64,000 bases of DNA from Octopus vulgaris (GCA_951406725.2 OX597818.1:143902001-143966000), one strand, 5' to 3'; positions 26,110-38,344 are shown, numbered from the stretch's first letter. Numbers and translations are program-made. The notes: a model not told the origin generated them from the sequence alone.

Positions 26110-26812
26110 AAGTAGCTTGCTAACCAGACATGCGCAGTTAGTCGGTTGCTTCTTGTTGAGCTAGAGTGGACGTGAGTCCAACTAAAGAAAAAAGACCAAA
26201 AACGGAAAGTTGTCGAGGTAAGTGATTTTGTTTATTGTGAGTTGGGCATAATTTATTGCGTGCCAATTATTATTTCAGTAGGTTGTGTCCAACTCTGAGA
26301 CAATTTCGCCTGCGCTAGGCGGCTGCCGTTTTTGTGTTCATTGAAAAAAAAAAAAAAAAAAGAAAAAACAGTGGAGGGGCGTATACTCAGAATTCAATAC
26401 AGTTACTGTTAAAATTACCGTTGGCAGTAACCAGTGCTGTGTTTGAGTTTGCTGAATTTATTCCCTTGTCAGAGTACTTCGCAAGAAAAGTATAAAAATA
26501 AGCCACTATTGGATTACCTTTCGGACCCATTTTTGTGGAGGTTGTGTTGCAGTTGCGGCGTTCCAGGTTCAACCCAGGCCGGGAGTACCGCAGAATATTT
26601 TTGCTGTGTTTTTTCTGTTTATTAACTTTCTTTTGAACTTCATTTACCCCCCCCCCTTTTTGTTTTTTCTTTATTGCGACTTTCCGTTAATTTCTTCCCT
26701 TCTGTTGTGCTTTCTCCTTTTTGTTTTTTCAAAAATCTATCAAATTTATTTAGACTTTTGAACTTTTTTCTTCCTGCTTTTGAGTCTAATTTGAATATAT
26801 TTTTTAAAAAAC

Positions 26813-28057
26813 ATGGCAATGAAAAATAACAAAGTTTTGGAGTGGGAAATCATACCACCCAAAAAGTGGTTGAAGGACCGTGAAGATAGGACGGTGGTGT
26901 TGAGAACCTACTCCAAGGCACTTGACACCATCGCCCTATTCGAAAAGACGGCAATTGAGGAGGAGTTGGAGGAGTATTTGCCAACAATTAAATTCATTTC
27001 CAGGGGTGTCAAATATGGAACGGTGTGGTTGCTGTTTGACACCCCTGAAGAGGCTTGCAAATTTGCTAGCGAACCCTTGGAGGGTAAGGAAATCTTATTC
27101 CTGCCCACTTACAAAAAAAAGAAATTGATGAAAGCTTGGATCTGCGGACTGCCACCCGACATAGAACCCGAGTGGATAGAGGAGACTATCCGCCGGGGTC
27201 TGGGTGACAGCGAAACTAAGCTCCTCAATGTAAAAGTCCTTCCTGCGGCTGCTTGGGTTGGCTCGAAAGCAGTTTTGACCCTGTGGACCCAATCAGCCAA
27301 TCTGGTTTTTCCAGATTTTTTGAAAATGGCCGGGTGCAGGTACCCGGTGATGCTTGAGGGTCGCCCCCCTAAGTGTCATCGGTGCTTGGAGTCCGGCCAC
27401 ATAAAGAAGAACTGTCCTCGGGAACAAAATAGGATCCCGGAACAGTTAAGTAAAACCCCTCTAGAAGAGGGAACGATAACGGCCGAGAAAGCAGAGGACT
27501 CCTCAAGCAGAGGCCGAAAGAGGAAGGTGAGCAACAATGGGTGCTCACCAAAGGATAATAGGGATGAGGAGAGGAGGGCGAATCTTCCAGCCACGGAGGA
27601 GACGCACCCTCCCTCAGTTGAAAAGGGAAAAAAAAAGAAAAAGAGGAAGAAAAACGGGACGTTGCCGGCTGTCAGTGTGGCACCGGAATGTCGCGGAACT
27701 ACGTCGGTTGGGGTTGTGCCACCGACAAGAGAAGGAATACCGTTGGCGGAAACTGTGCCGCCAACGAAAGAACCGAATGTATTGGTCCTCTTCTATAGAG
27801 GAGGAGAAATTGAAAAAGTGATGGAAGAGCACTACAAGGGAGCACCTTTAGCCTTCACACAGGACCCCGAATGGCCTCCGCAGGTAGCTGTGGAGGCCGT
27901 GGCGTTCGACGTGACGCTAGGGCTAAAGGAGCTCAATGAAGACTATAACTTGGTCCCGGGCGACGCGAACTCGGAACTTGACTACGTTCTGAGGGAGGCG
28001 TGGTTGATGGTGGAGGGCGCGGGCACAAGCTATTTCGAGGACGATATGTATTATTAG
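26813..28057 (+). CDS. L1/Tx1-type ORF1 protein, 414 aa, paralogue of 24650-25897
   Basis: Intact ORF. The N-terminal ~205 aa align almost without gaps to copy 1 (roughly two-thirds identical by eye). Knuckle CHRCLESGHIKKNC. RKRK.SNNGC.PK and WPPQVA.E are shared. Confidence 0.85.
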   Translation: MAMKNNKVLEWEIIPPKKWLKDREDRTVVLRTYSKALDTIALFEKTAIEEELEEYLPTIKFISRGVKYGTVWLLFDTPEEACKFASEPLEGKEILFLPTYKKKKLMKAWICGLPPDIEPEWIEETIRRGLGDSETKLLNVKVLPAAAWVGSKAVLTLWTQSANLVFPDFLKMAGCRYPVMLEGRPPKCHRCLESGHIKKNCPREQNRIPEQLSKTPLEEGTITAEKAEDSSSRGRKRKVSNNGCSPKDNRDEERRANLPATEETHPPSVEKGKKKKKRKKNGTLPAVSVAPECRGTTSVGVVPPTREGIPLAETVPPTKEPNVLVLFYRGGEIEKVMEEHYKGAPLAFTQDPEWPPQVAVEAVAFDVTLGLKELNEDYNLVPGDANSELDYVLREAWLMVEGAGTSYFEDDMYY

Positions 28058-28184
28058 TAATGGACTTAAGTCCAAAAATTGAAAAATTGTAAGAGGATTA
28101 ATACCTCGTTTTGTATTAATAATGGACTGCTAAGCCCAAAATTGGAAAAATTGTAAGAGGTTTAATACCTCGTTTTGTGTTAAT
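28058..28184 (+). repeat. ~63-bp tandem duplication in the 3'UTR of copy 2
   Basis: aatggact..aaaaattgtaagagg.ttaatacctcgttttgt.ttaat occurs twice. Confidence 0.85.
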
Positions 28185-28353
28185 CTTTTTAAAAAGAACA
28201 ATGTTTTAGAGAAGCAAAAGTCGGCGGGCGCTTTCTGTCTTCTCCCATCCTTATCATCTTTCTTTCATTATCATTCACCTCATTAATGTCCTCGTCCAGC
28301 CCGCAAAGCTAACTTAATCTGTGTACTGCCTTTATGGCAAATGTTTTGAAATA

Positions 28354-28745
28354 AAGTAGCTTGCTAACCAAGCACATGGTTCCGGGTTCAGTCCCACTGC
28401 GTGGCATCTTGGGCAAGTGTCTTCTGCTATAGCCTCGGGCCGACCAATGCCTTGTGAGTGGATTTGGTAGACGGAAACTGAAAGAAGTCTGTCGTATATA
28501 TGTATATATATGTATGTGTGTGTATGTCTGTGTGTATGTGTTTGTCCCCCTAGCGTTGCTTGACAACCGATGCTGGTGTGTTTACGTCCCCGTCACTTAG
28601 CGGTTCGGCAAAAAGAGACCGATAGAATAAGTACTGGGCTTACAAAGAATAAGTCCCGGGGTCGATTTGCTCGACCAAAGGCGGTGCTCCAGCATGGCCG
28701 CAGTCAAATGACTGAAACAATTAAAAGAGTTAAAAGAGTTAAAGA
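28354..28745 (+). mobile_element. Remainder (B box, body, tail) of the split SINE A
   Basis: Resumes aagtagcttgctaaccaagcacatggttccgggttcagtcccactgc..., colinear with 31496-31900, and ends in an (aaagagtt)n tail. Confidence 0.92.
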
Positions 28746-29626
28746 GAGTTGTTGATGCTACTAAATCTCTGATTCTTTGTAAAGTATCTAAGTTTTTTTG
28801 TTAATTTATGTTAATTACAAATGTTTGCCAGCTTTTGGTTGACTTTGATTTACATTTTTTATTACTTCGTTGTTTAGTAGCTCAATGATATCATGAGCAC
28901 GTATGCATCCGTTCTTCTAAGTTGGTAGGGTATAATTTGACGGGAATTTGGCTGCTATTTCTTGCATGTTGAGTGGCCACACAAAGTCTCTTTTATTGCT
29001 AGAGGAGTTTCATTAGTTATTTGATCATAGAACTGCGTAACGCATACTTATTTTACTATAACACTTCCTTCACTTTTGACAAACTGGGATATACTAATAT
29101 TCTCGATTGGAGATATTTCTTCATTTCTACATTTCTCTGACTTCTCCCTCTTTGATGACGGTCTACTCAGCTTATGGAATCCTTACCCGATACCATGATC
29201 CACATGCTTGGCTATTCTAGAAACAGCTGTAAGAGAGTCTATATATTTATATTTCCTGCCTAAATTAGATATTTCTTTCGAGTGATGCCAAATGGCTTGC
29301 TTTTTCAATTTTACAGATATAGGGTGAAAGATAATTAATACAAATATTGTTGTCTGTGGAGGCATATTTTTGTTGAAAAAGGAAATAGTAGTCCTTTGGT
29401 TGCTATTTCTAAAATTTTCGGTATGTGGTCAAGCAACTTGTTGCAAAATCCTTATTGTTATAAATATATATATATATATATTAAACAGCCGAAATTACTA
29501 AGATGATCCGGTTCCCGACTGAAGATTAGAGGCTTCGAGTGACCCGTCTGTTTTTTTTGTGTCGTCTCCTTGTGTGTTTTTGCGTTCTTGTCCCACTTTG
29601 TAATTTATATTTTATATTTAATTTCT

Positions 29627-29674
<48 letters not shown>

Positions 29675-29753
29675 GACAATGTGTGTACATACCCTTATAC
29701 AAAAATTTATATATATGTATATAATTATGCATTTGTATACGTTTGTCTCCATA

Positions 29754-30628
29754 TACGAGGGTTATACCGAAAGTAACTAAAAGTGAACAGAACTTTTATA
29801 TTAAGATTCATAGGTCATTAAAATTCCACATGTTGGTAGAAAAACTTCCTCTACAGTAACCATTTCTCCTGCTCTTCTTCACTGCAAGCAAGCAATGGGT
29901 CCCAGCAGTTTTCTTGACGAAGGAGGACCGCAGGCTGTTTGACACCTGCAGAAGACTGCAGGCTGTTTACGGAGATGACACCTTCTTCAACTTGAGGAAC
30001 AACCAAAAGTCACAGGGAGCCAAGTTTGAAATGTAGAGAGGGTGATGGACAGTTTTAATCCCCAGCTCTGTCAACTAGTTGGTTACCAGCTTGGAATTGT
30101 GTACTGGTGCTTTGTTTTGGTGCAAGTACACCGGTCTTTGCAACAGAATCTCATCCTGAACTCCCACAAAACCTCCACAAAGTACTCTTTGTAACCGTCT
30201 GGCAAGTGGGAACCCACTGAATGTAGATGATGCCTCTGCTTTCAAAACCGGGATCATTATGAGCTTACTGGTTGATTTGATTTGCCTGGTCTCTTATGCT
30301 CAGCCCATACAAGTTCATCTATAAGCAAACTGGAATATTTCACAAGTTTCTGTTGCGTTTTTGCCCCGTTAAACACATAGATTAACACATGCATAGCGAG
30401 CTTCCAAATTGTCTTCACGTCCTGACTACATTCTGCAAAGTAGTCAACTATGAAAAGTAGTGTTTTGTAGTGTTCAAAGTGCTCTTACAGCTGTCTTCTT
30501 CAATCTGGAATAAGTCGATAGGTCAGCTTATTAGTTGTATAGTAATGATATATTAAAATTACAATAATCTAGGATAGTTATAACCGTCTCTCCTAAATGA
30601 GTCCCAAAACTTCTGGAATGCACCTCGT
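29754..30628 (-). mobile_element. Decayed mariner element
   Basis: TIR-like ends tacgagggttataccgaaagt and acttctggaatgcacctcgt. Minus strand LHQNKAPVH and HPLYISNLAPCDFWLF. Confidence 0.7.
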
Positions 30629-31473
30629 CACCTAAGAATATATATATGGTATTGTGCCTGATCTAAAGAAACTAATATCATCCACGTGAAATGATAAAGA
30701 TTACAACATACCATTTCTACTCCTTTGTAAAATCTGGATGATTTTGCTTTTGCAAAATATTTCTTTTGACTAAGCACATTTTAGTGATGTCGGGGAAGAG
30801 AAATGGAAAGTTGTGAGTTGAGATGTTCATTCATAAAAAAAAAGTGTCGGGGGTTTAGACACGAAGTGCTTCGAAAGTAATATCGCCATTTTTGTCGTAC
30901 TTACTCGGCCTTCAAAAAAGAAAAAAAAAGAGAAAAACAAAGAAATTTTCGTCTTAATATTTCATATTTGGATTAGTTTTGCAGCTTCGGAAATTTTATT
31001 CCATTTCGAGGTCACGATTAGATTAGATCTGATATGAAATCAGAATAAGAACCTCTCGCCAAGCCTGACCGGAAATTCAGCAGTCATTAACGAATGCAAA
31101 AGTGTGATTTATTTATTCACTTATTTATTTGTTTCTTTCTTTCTTTCTTTCTTTATGTGTTTATCAGCATCAGCATCATTTTTTATTGTTGTTGTTGTTG
31201 TTGTTAAGGTCGACTGTGCCTTTCATCCTTCCAGAATCGATAACATATAAATCTGTGAAGTCTTGGAGTCGATGTGCTCGACCAGCCCTCTCCCCTCAAA
31301 TTTCAGATTTTGTGCCTATCGTAGAAAGAATTATTAGAAGTGGTTAAGAGGTTAACAATGACGAATGCTAATTGTCCCTTCACACGAATGGGAAAAATTA
31401 ATATTGAAGGAACAGCATTAAGGATTTTGAGAAACATAAATAAAAGAGGTCTCTGTCTTAAAATATCAAATAA

Positions 31474-31900
31474 GACGCAGGAGTGGCTGTGTGGTAAGTA
31501 GCTTGCTAACCAACCACATGGTTCCGGGTTCAGTCCCACTGCATGGCATCTTGGGCTAGTGTCTTCTGCTATAGCCCCGGGTCGACCAAAGCTTTGTGAG
31601 TGGATTTGGTAGACGGAAACTGAAAGAACCCTGTCGTATATATGTATATATATATATTTATATGTGTGTGTGTGTATGTGTTTGTGTGTCTGTGTTTGTC
31701 TCCCTAGCATTGCTTGACAACCGATGCTGGTGTGTTTACGTCCCCGTCACTTAGCGGTTCGGCAAAAGAGACTGATAGAATAAGTACTGGGCTTACAAAG
31801 AATAAGTCCCGGGGTCGATTTGCTCGACTAAAGGCGGTGCTCCAGCATGGCCGCAGTCAAATGACTGAAAGAAGTAAAAGAGAAAAAAAGAGAAAGAGAA
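31474..31900 (+). mobile_element. Intact (empty-site) SINE family A copy
   Basis: A box TGGCTGTGTGG, a single aagtagcttgctaacca, B box GGTTCAGTCCC, internal microsatellite and aaagag tail. Confidence 0.9.
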
Positions 31901-32357
31901 TATGCTAAAATATTTCATTTAAATGATGTGCGTGTGTGTGGTGGGGCGTTTCTTCTATGAGAATTTGCAAAAGATAACTTCTTGCTACGAAACTCAGAAT
32001 CGAAGACAATTTGGAACGGAAAACAGAATTTCTATACGTAGTAGCTGAATATCAAATACATATCACAAAATCATCGATTACACCCAAATAAATCGCTAGT
32101 CTGTGTTAGCATAATGTAGTGACTCAAACGTTTTAATTACGTCTGTAATGAGGAGAAAAACTTACACTGGATATTGTCAGCACCAACTTAGCTACTTCCT
32201 TTTTATGCCGAAGGCGTCGCTAGATGATTTGTCCCATTCATTCTTTTCTAATAAATTCATTTTGTAGAAAAGAAAAGAAATCCAGTAGAATTATAAACGC
32301 TGCTCTAACAGTATATACTCCGATCTCCGATGTTGGTGCTATCGTTGTTGTTGTTGT

Positions 32358-32404
<47 letters not shown>

Positions 32405-32424
32405 GGTGGTGGTGGTGGTGGTGG

Positions 32425-33580
32425 GGCAAACAAGGATAGACAAACGGATTAAGTCGATTACATCGACCCCAGTGAGTAACTGGTACTTATTTAATCGACC
32501 CCAAAATGATGAAAGGCAAAGTCAACCTCGGCGGAATTTGAACTCAGAACGTAGCGGCAGACGAAATACTTATTTCTTTACTACCCACAAGGGGCTAAAC
32601 ATAGAGGGGACAAACAAGTACAGACAAACGGATTAAGTGGATTATATCAACTCCAGTGCGTAACTGATACTTAATTTATCGACCCCAAAAGGATGAAGGG
32701 CAAAGTCGACCTCGGTGGAATTTGAACTCAGAACGTAGCGGCAGACGAAATTCTGCTAAGCATTTCGCCCGGTGTGCTAACGTTTCTGCTAGCTCGCCGC
32801 TTTAAGAGCTCCCCTCTGTGTTTAGCCCCTTGTAGGTAGTAAAGAAATAGGTATTTCGCCTGCCGCTACGTTCTGAGTTCAAATTCCGTTAGTTCGACTT
32901 TGCCTTTCATCCTTTCGGGGTCGACTTTGCCTTTTATCCTTTCGGGGTCGATTAAATAAGTACCAGTTACGCACTGGGGTCGATATAATCGACTTAATCC
33001 GTTTGTCTGTACTTGTTTGTCCCCTCTGTGTTTAACCCCTTATGGGTAGTAAAGAAATAGGTATTTCGCCTGCCGCTACGTTCTGAGTTCAAATTCCACC
33101 GAGGTCGACTTTGCCTTTCATCTTTTCGGGGTCCATTAAATAAGTACCAGTTACTCACTGGGGTCAATATAATCGATTAATCCGTTTGTCTGTCATTGTT
33201 TGTCCCCTCTGTGGTTAGCCCCTTGTGAGTAGTAAAGAAATAGGTATTTCGCCTGCCGCTACGTTCTGAGTTCAAATTCCGCCGAGGTTGACTTTGCCTT
33301 TCATCATTTTGGGGTCGATTAAATAAGTACCAGTTACTCACTGGGGTCAATATAATCGATTAATCCATTTGTCTATCCTTGTTTGTCCCCTCTGTGTTTA
33401 GCCCCTTATGGGTAGTAAATAAATAGGTATTTCGTCTGTCTTTGCGTTCTAAGTTCAAATTCCGACGAGGTTGACTTTACTTTTCAGCGTCGATAAAATA
33501 AGTACCAGTTGCGTACTGGGGTCAATGTAATCAACTGTCCCCCGCCTCAAAAATTTGGGGACTTGTGCCTAGAGTAGAAA
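32425..33580. repeat. Inverted and tandem array of SINE B units
   Basis: Two minus units (32425-32803) face about four head-truncated plus units of ~180-210 bp joined by aaagaaata|ggtatttcg. Confidence 0.85.
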
Positions 33581-35806
33581 ATAATATTTTACCACTTATT
33601 CACCTTCGTTTCCTCCTCCTCCTCTAGCTGCTCCTCCTGATCGCCCTCATCATCACCATCTTCGCTTAGCTTTAATTTTCAACACCACACGAAAATCTTT
33701 AATTATTAGTGTGATTATTCGAAGGCGTAGATGTCACACTCTGGAAGATGAGAATAAAAGTTATTTTTATCAATACTGAAGACTTCAGATGGTATAAACT
33801 AATTTTAAAAAGAAAAAGAAAAAAAACAGAAGCCAAAACGCCACCTTAAATTTGGACAATGTACTCTTAAATGCACCAAAAAAATGAGAATGATCATTAC
33901 TGGAGTCCCTTTAAGCAATTACAGGTCTGCCTGGTCATAGCTGACTCGAGGACAAACAACACCTTTAGATAGAAACTTCTTTTCTGAAATTATTGCCGAG
34001 ACAAAGAAATGCAGAAATTTCTCGTGTACGTTAACCTGTTCTGGCTGGAATAAAAATTTAGTTCACTTTTCTACTGGAGGGGAGATATCTTTTTCTATTC
34101 CTAATTTTCTAATCTAAGTTCCGAACCTAAGGAGTTGAGTTTTGAGTTGAATTATTTCTGAAATTCCTTATGGATAACACTGTGGTAGCCAGATGTCGCC
34201 ATATCATTTGTTTCTTTGCCGAATGCTTTATAATTAGATCTATAGCTTAGTCAATTTAGATACGGAGGTCTTATAATATACCGTATAAGTTCACTTTTTT
34301 AATGCACAAAAAACTCTTTTTCCTAAATATATGCTGCTAAAATTGGGTGCGTCTAATATGCCCATGCGCTTTTTATATCATCAAATTTGTTGGGGTTTTC
34401 TCCCAGAAACTTTCCAACGACAAGTTGTTACATCTTTGCAAAATCTTAACTTCATACTTTTGTCTTATCTTATCTATTAAAGATTGGAGCAAACCGGTGT
34501 GTTGTCGATTGGTTTTTATTAAATAGCTGCCAGATCTCATTCACATTACGCTCCACATTCTTAAAAAGCAGGTTACACATTAAACAGCGTAAACCAAGAA
34601 ATAGTGTCTGAAAATACAGTGCGTCGAACAAAAATACGTTACAGTGTTCTGTTCCGTTCGGCTACATTTCTTTTATTCAAAGAAAGGAACCGTAAGAATC
34701 AAGGATTCTCATTTTCGCTTCCTTTGTTCAGAGTATCCAGGCCATAAATATGTTCCTCTCTTTTTCTCTATGTATGTATCACGTTCGGTAAGAGACAAAG
34801 TAGGGTAAACACTGTGCTGAGGACGTCTATTGAGGAAGAAACATGTGACACAGCTCACCTCCTCTCTGCAAATAATCAGACATTCTTTCTTTTAATATCA
34901 TAAATTTTGAAGAATTCTTGATTCTTGAGATTATTTCCCCCTCTAATTTGATTGCCATCAAGCGATTGTTCTTCCTTCTCCTGGCAGCGAAGACAATTTC
35001 AGTGAATCATGAACTTTTTTCGTGTATGGTATTTTATATGTCTTAGTGGTTCAAATATATTTCTCGTGTATGCATGTATGTATGTATGTATGGATGGATG
35101 GATGGATGCATGCATGCATGCATGCATGTATATGTATGAGCAAATGCGCCGAATGTGTATGTGTGTTTGTGAGTGAGTGAGTGGGATTTGCTATGACAGT
35201 ATGAATATATATCTTCGTGTAGAGATTTCCCAATTTTGTGGGATAGTATAGATGCATACACCTATAGTATAGATGCATATTGATGGTATAGGTCCATATT
35301 GATGGACCTATACCATATAGGTCCATATTGATGGTATAATCTTAAGTTCATAAGTTTATGTCAGCCATCGCGACCAATACCACACTGAAACACATAGAAA
35401 CGTGCACGCGCACATTCACACGCACACAAACACAAACAAGTACGCCCACACACACACACCCACACACACACATCCTTAAAGAAATAAAACAGGGTAATCT
35501 CCAAACTTTGGGAAAGTTTTCAATTAGTGTGTGTTTTGTGCGAAAGCGCTTTCGTTGAAAAGTTGATCGAAAGCGTTTACACCCAAAATACACCCAAAAT
35601 ACACACAAAATACACACAAAATACACACAAACTACACACAAAATACACACAAAATACACACAAAATACAGACTATGCAAAATCTTCTGCCAAGATCGGTG
35701 ACATTCTGTTCTCTAAATAATTTTTTGAATAAGTTTCAAAACAAAAATCTTTCTTTAAATATTGTGACTATATCAAGTATTTTTTTTACAAAACTTTCAA
35801 GTCCAC

Positions 35807-37021
35807 ACATACATACATACATATATACATACATACATACATACATACATACATACATACATACATACATACATACATACATACATACATACATACATGC
35901 ATACATACATACATGCATACATACATGCATACATACACACATACATACATACACGCATGCATACATACATGCATGCATGCATACATGCATACATACATAC
36001 ATACATACAGACATGCATACATACACATACACACACATACATACATACATACAGACATGCATACATGCATACATGCATACATACATACATACATACAGAC
36101 ATGCATACATGCATACATACACACACACACACATACATACATACATACATACATACATACATACATACATCCATCCATCCATACATACATACATACATAC
36201 ATACATACATACATACATACATACATACATACATACATACATACATACATACATACATCCATCCATCCATCCATACATACATACATACATACATACAGAC
36301 ATGCATACATACACATACACACACACATACATACATACATACAGACATGCATACATACATACATACATACATACATACATACATACATACATACATACAT
36401 ACATACATACATACATACATACATACATACATACATACATACATACATACATACATACAATCATACATACGTACATACATACATACATACATACATACAT
36501 GCATACATACATACATACATACATACGTACATACATACATACATACATACATGCATACATACATACATACATACATACATTCATACATTCATACATACGT
36601 ACATACATACATACATACATACATACATACATACATACGTACATACATACATACATACATACATACATACATACATACATACATACATACATACATACAT
36701 ACATACATACATACATACATACATACATACATACATACATACATACATACATACATGCATGCATACATACAATCATACATACATACATACATACATACAT
36801 ACATACATACATACATACATACATACATACATACATGCATGCATGCATACATACATACATACATACATACATACATACATACATACATACATACATACAT
36901 ACATACATACATACATACATACATACATACATACACACATACATACACACACACATACATACATGCATGCATACATACATACATACATACATACATACAT
37001 ACATGCATACATACATACATA
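35807..37021 (+). repeat. ~1.2 kb (TACA)n microsatellite with variants
   Basis: Directly visible. Confidence 0.97.
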
Positions 37022-37240
37022 TGAAAGTTGTCTTAATTTTATACTCAGGGAGTTTCTTTGAATATATTTCTACTCGTCTGAGGCCCAAGATGTGTGCATG
37101 TGTTTTTCTAAATTCCTCGGTGCGTACAGTTATATGTACGTTTATATGCACATATTTATGTATATATGCATCTGTTTAAGCATGTCCTTATATATGTATT
37201 TATGCATGAATGCATTTATGTATATATGTATATATATTCG

Positions 37241-37975
37241 TATGTATGTATGTATGTATGTATGTATGTATGTATGTATGTATGTATGTATGTATGTATG
37301 TATGTATGTATGTATGTATGTATGCATGTATGTATGTATGTATGTATGTATGTATGTATGTATGTATGTATGTGTGTGTGTATGTATGTATGTGTGTATG
37401 TATGTATGCATGCATGTATGTATGTATGTATGTATGTATGCATGTATGTATGTATGTATGTATGTATGCATGTATGTATGTATGTATGTATGTATGTATG
37501 TATGTATGTATGCATGTATGTATGTATGCATGTACTGTATGCATGTATGTATGCATGTATGTATGTATGCATGTACTGTATGCATGTATGTATGTAAGTA
37601 TGTATGTATGCATGTATGTATGTATGTATGTATGTATGTATGTATGTATGTATGTATGCATGTATGTATGTATGCATGTACTGTATGCATGTATGTATGT
37701 ATGTATGTATGTATGTATGCATGTATGTATGCATGTATGTATGTATGTATGTATGTATGTATGTATGTATGTATGTATGTATGTATGTATGTATGTATGT
37801 ATGTATGTATGTATGTATGTATGCATGTATGTATGTATGCATGTACTGTATGCATGTATGTATGTATGTATGTATGTATGCATGCATGTATGCATGTATG
37901 TATGTATGTGTATGTATGTATGTATGCATGTATGTATGTATGTATGTATGTATGTATGCATGTATGTACTGTATG
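37241..37975 (+). repeat. ~0.7 kb (TATG)n microsatellite, reverse complement of the preceding array
   Basis: Directly visible, with a recurrent gcatgtactgtat variant. Confidence 0.97.
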
Positions 37976-38285
37976 TGCATTTGAAGATTCTTATCTAGGT
38001 ACTGCTCCCTGATTACCTTATTAATCCTACCACTTCTATAGCACCTCCACCGTTACCACCACCGCACCTTCACCACTACAACAGCACCACCATCAGCAGC
38101 AGCAGCATTATCGTTATCGTTGTCATCGTTGTCGTTGCTGTTATCCTTGTCATCGTAGCTAAATAGCCGGTCGTGGAAGAGGGTCGGCTTTCCAAGAGAA
38201 TACAAGCTGAATGTGAAAGTGAAACTGAAGTTGCTTGTTATAAAATAAGTGGCAGCTATGAATGGTCGGAACATTTGCAGTGTAT

Positions 38286-38344
<59 letters not shown>

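Larger units (their letters stand above)
26127..28353 (+). mobile_element. ORF1-only non-autonomous non-LTR retroelement, copy 2 (diverged subfamily)
   Basis: Flanked by a 17-bp TSD aagtagcttgctaacca (26110-26126 and 28354-28370). Same layout and same 3' tail as copy 1. Confidence 0.85.

Noticed and set aside
24126-28353. LTR retrotransposon, TIR transposon or simple tandem gene duplication as the explanation
   Set aside because: No LTRs, PBS or pol. The 14-bp inverted match straddles the TSDs and does not bound a unit. The units are highly diverged while the target repeats are perfect.
32850-33580. CRISPR-like array
   Set aside because: The units are whole SINE bodies without unique spacers, in a eukaryotic context.
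35527-38012. Long ORFs up to 550 aa (HTYI/MYVC repeats)
   Set aside because: They are stop-free translations of (TACA)n in all frames, with no coding signal.
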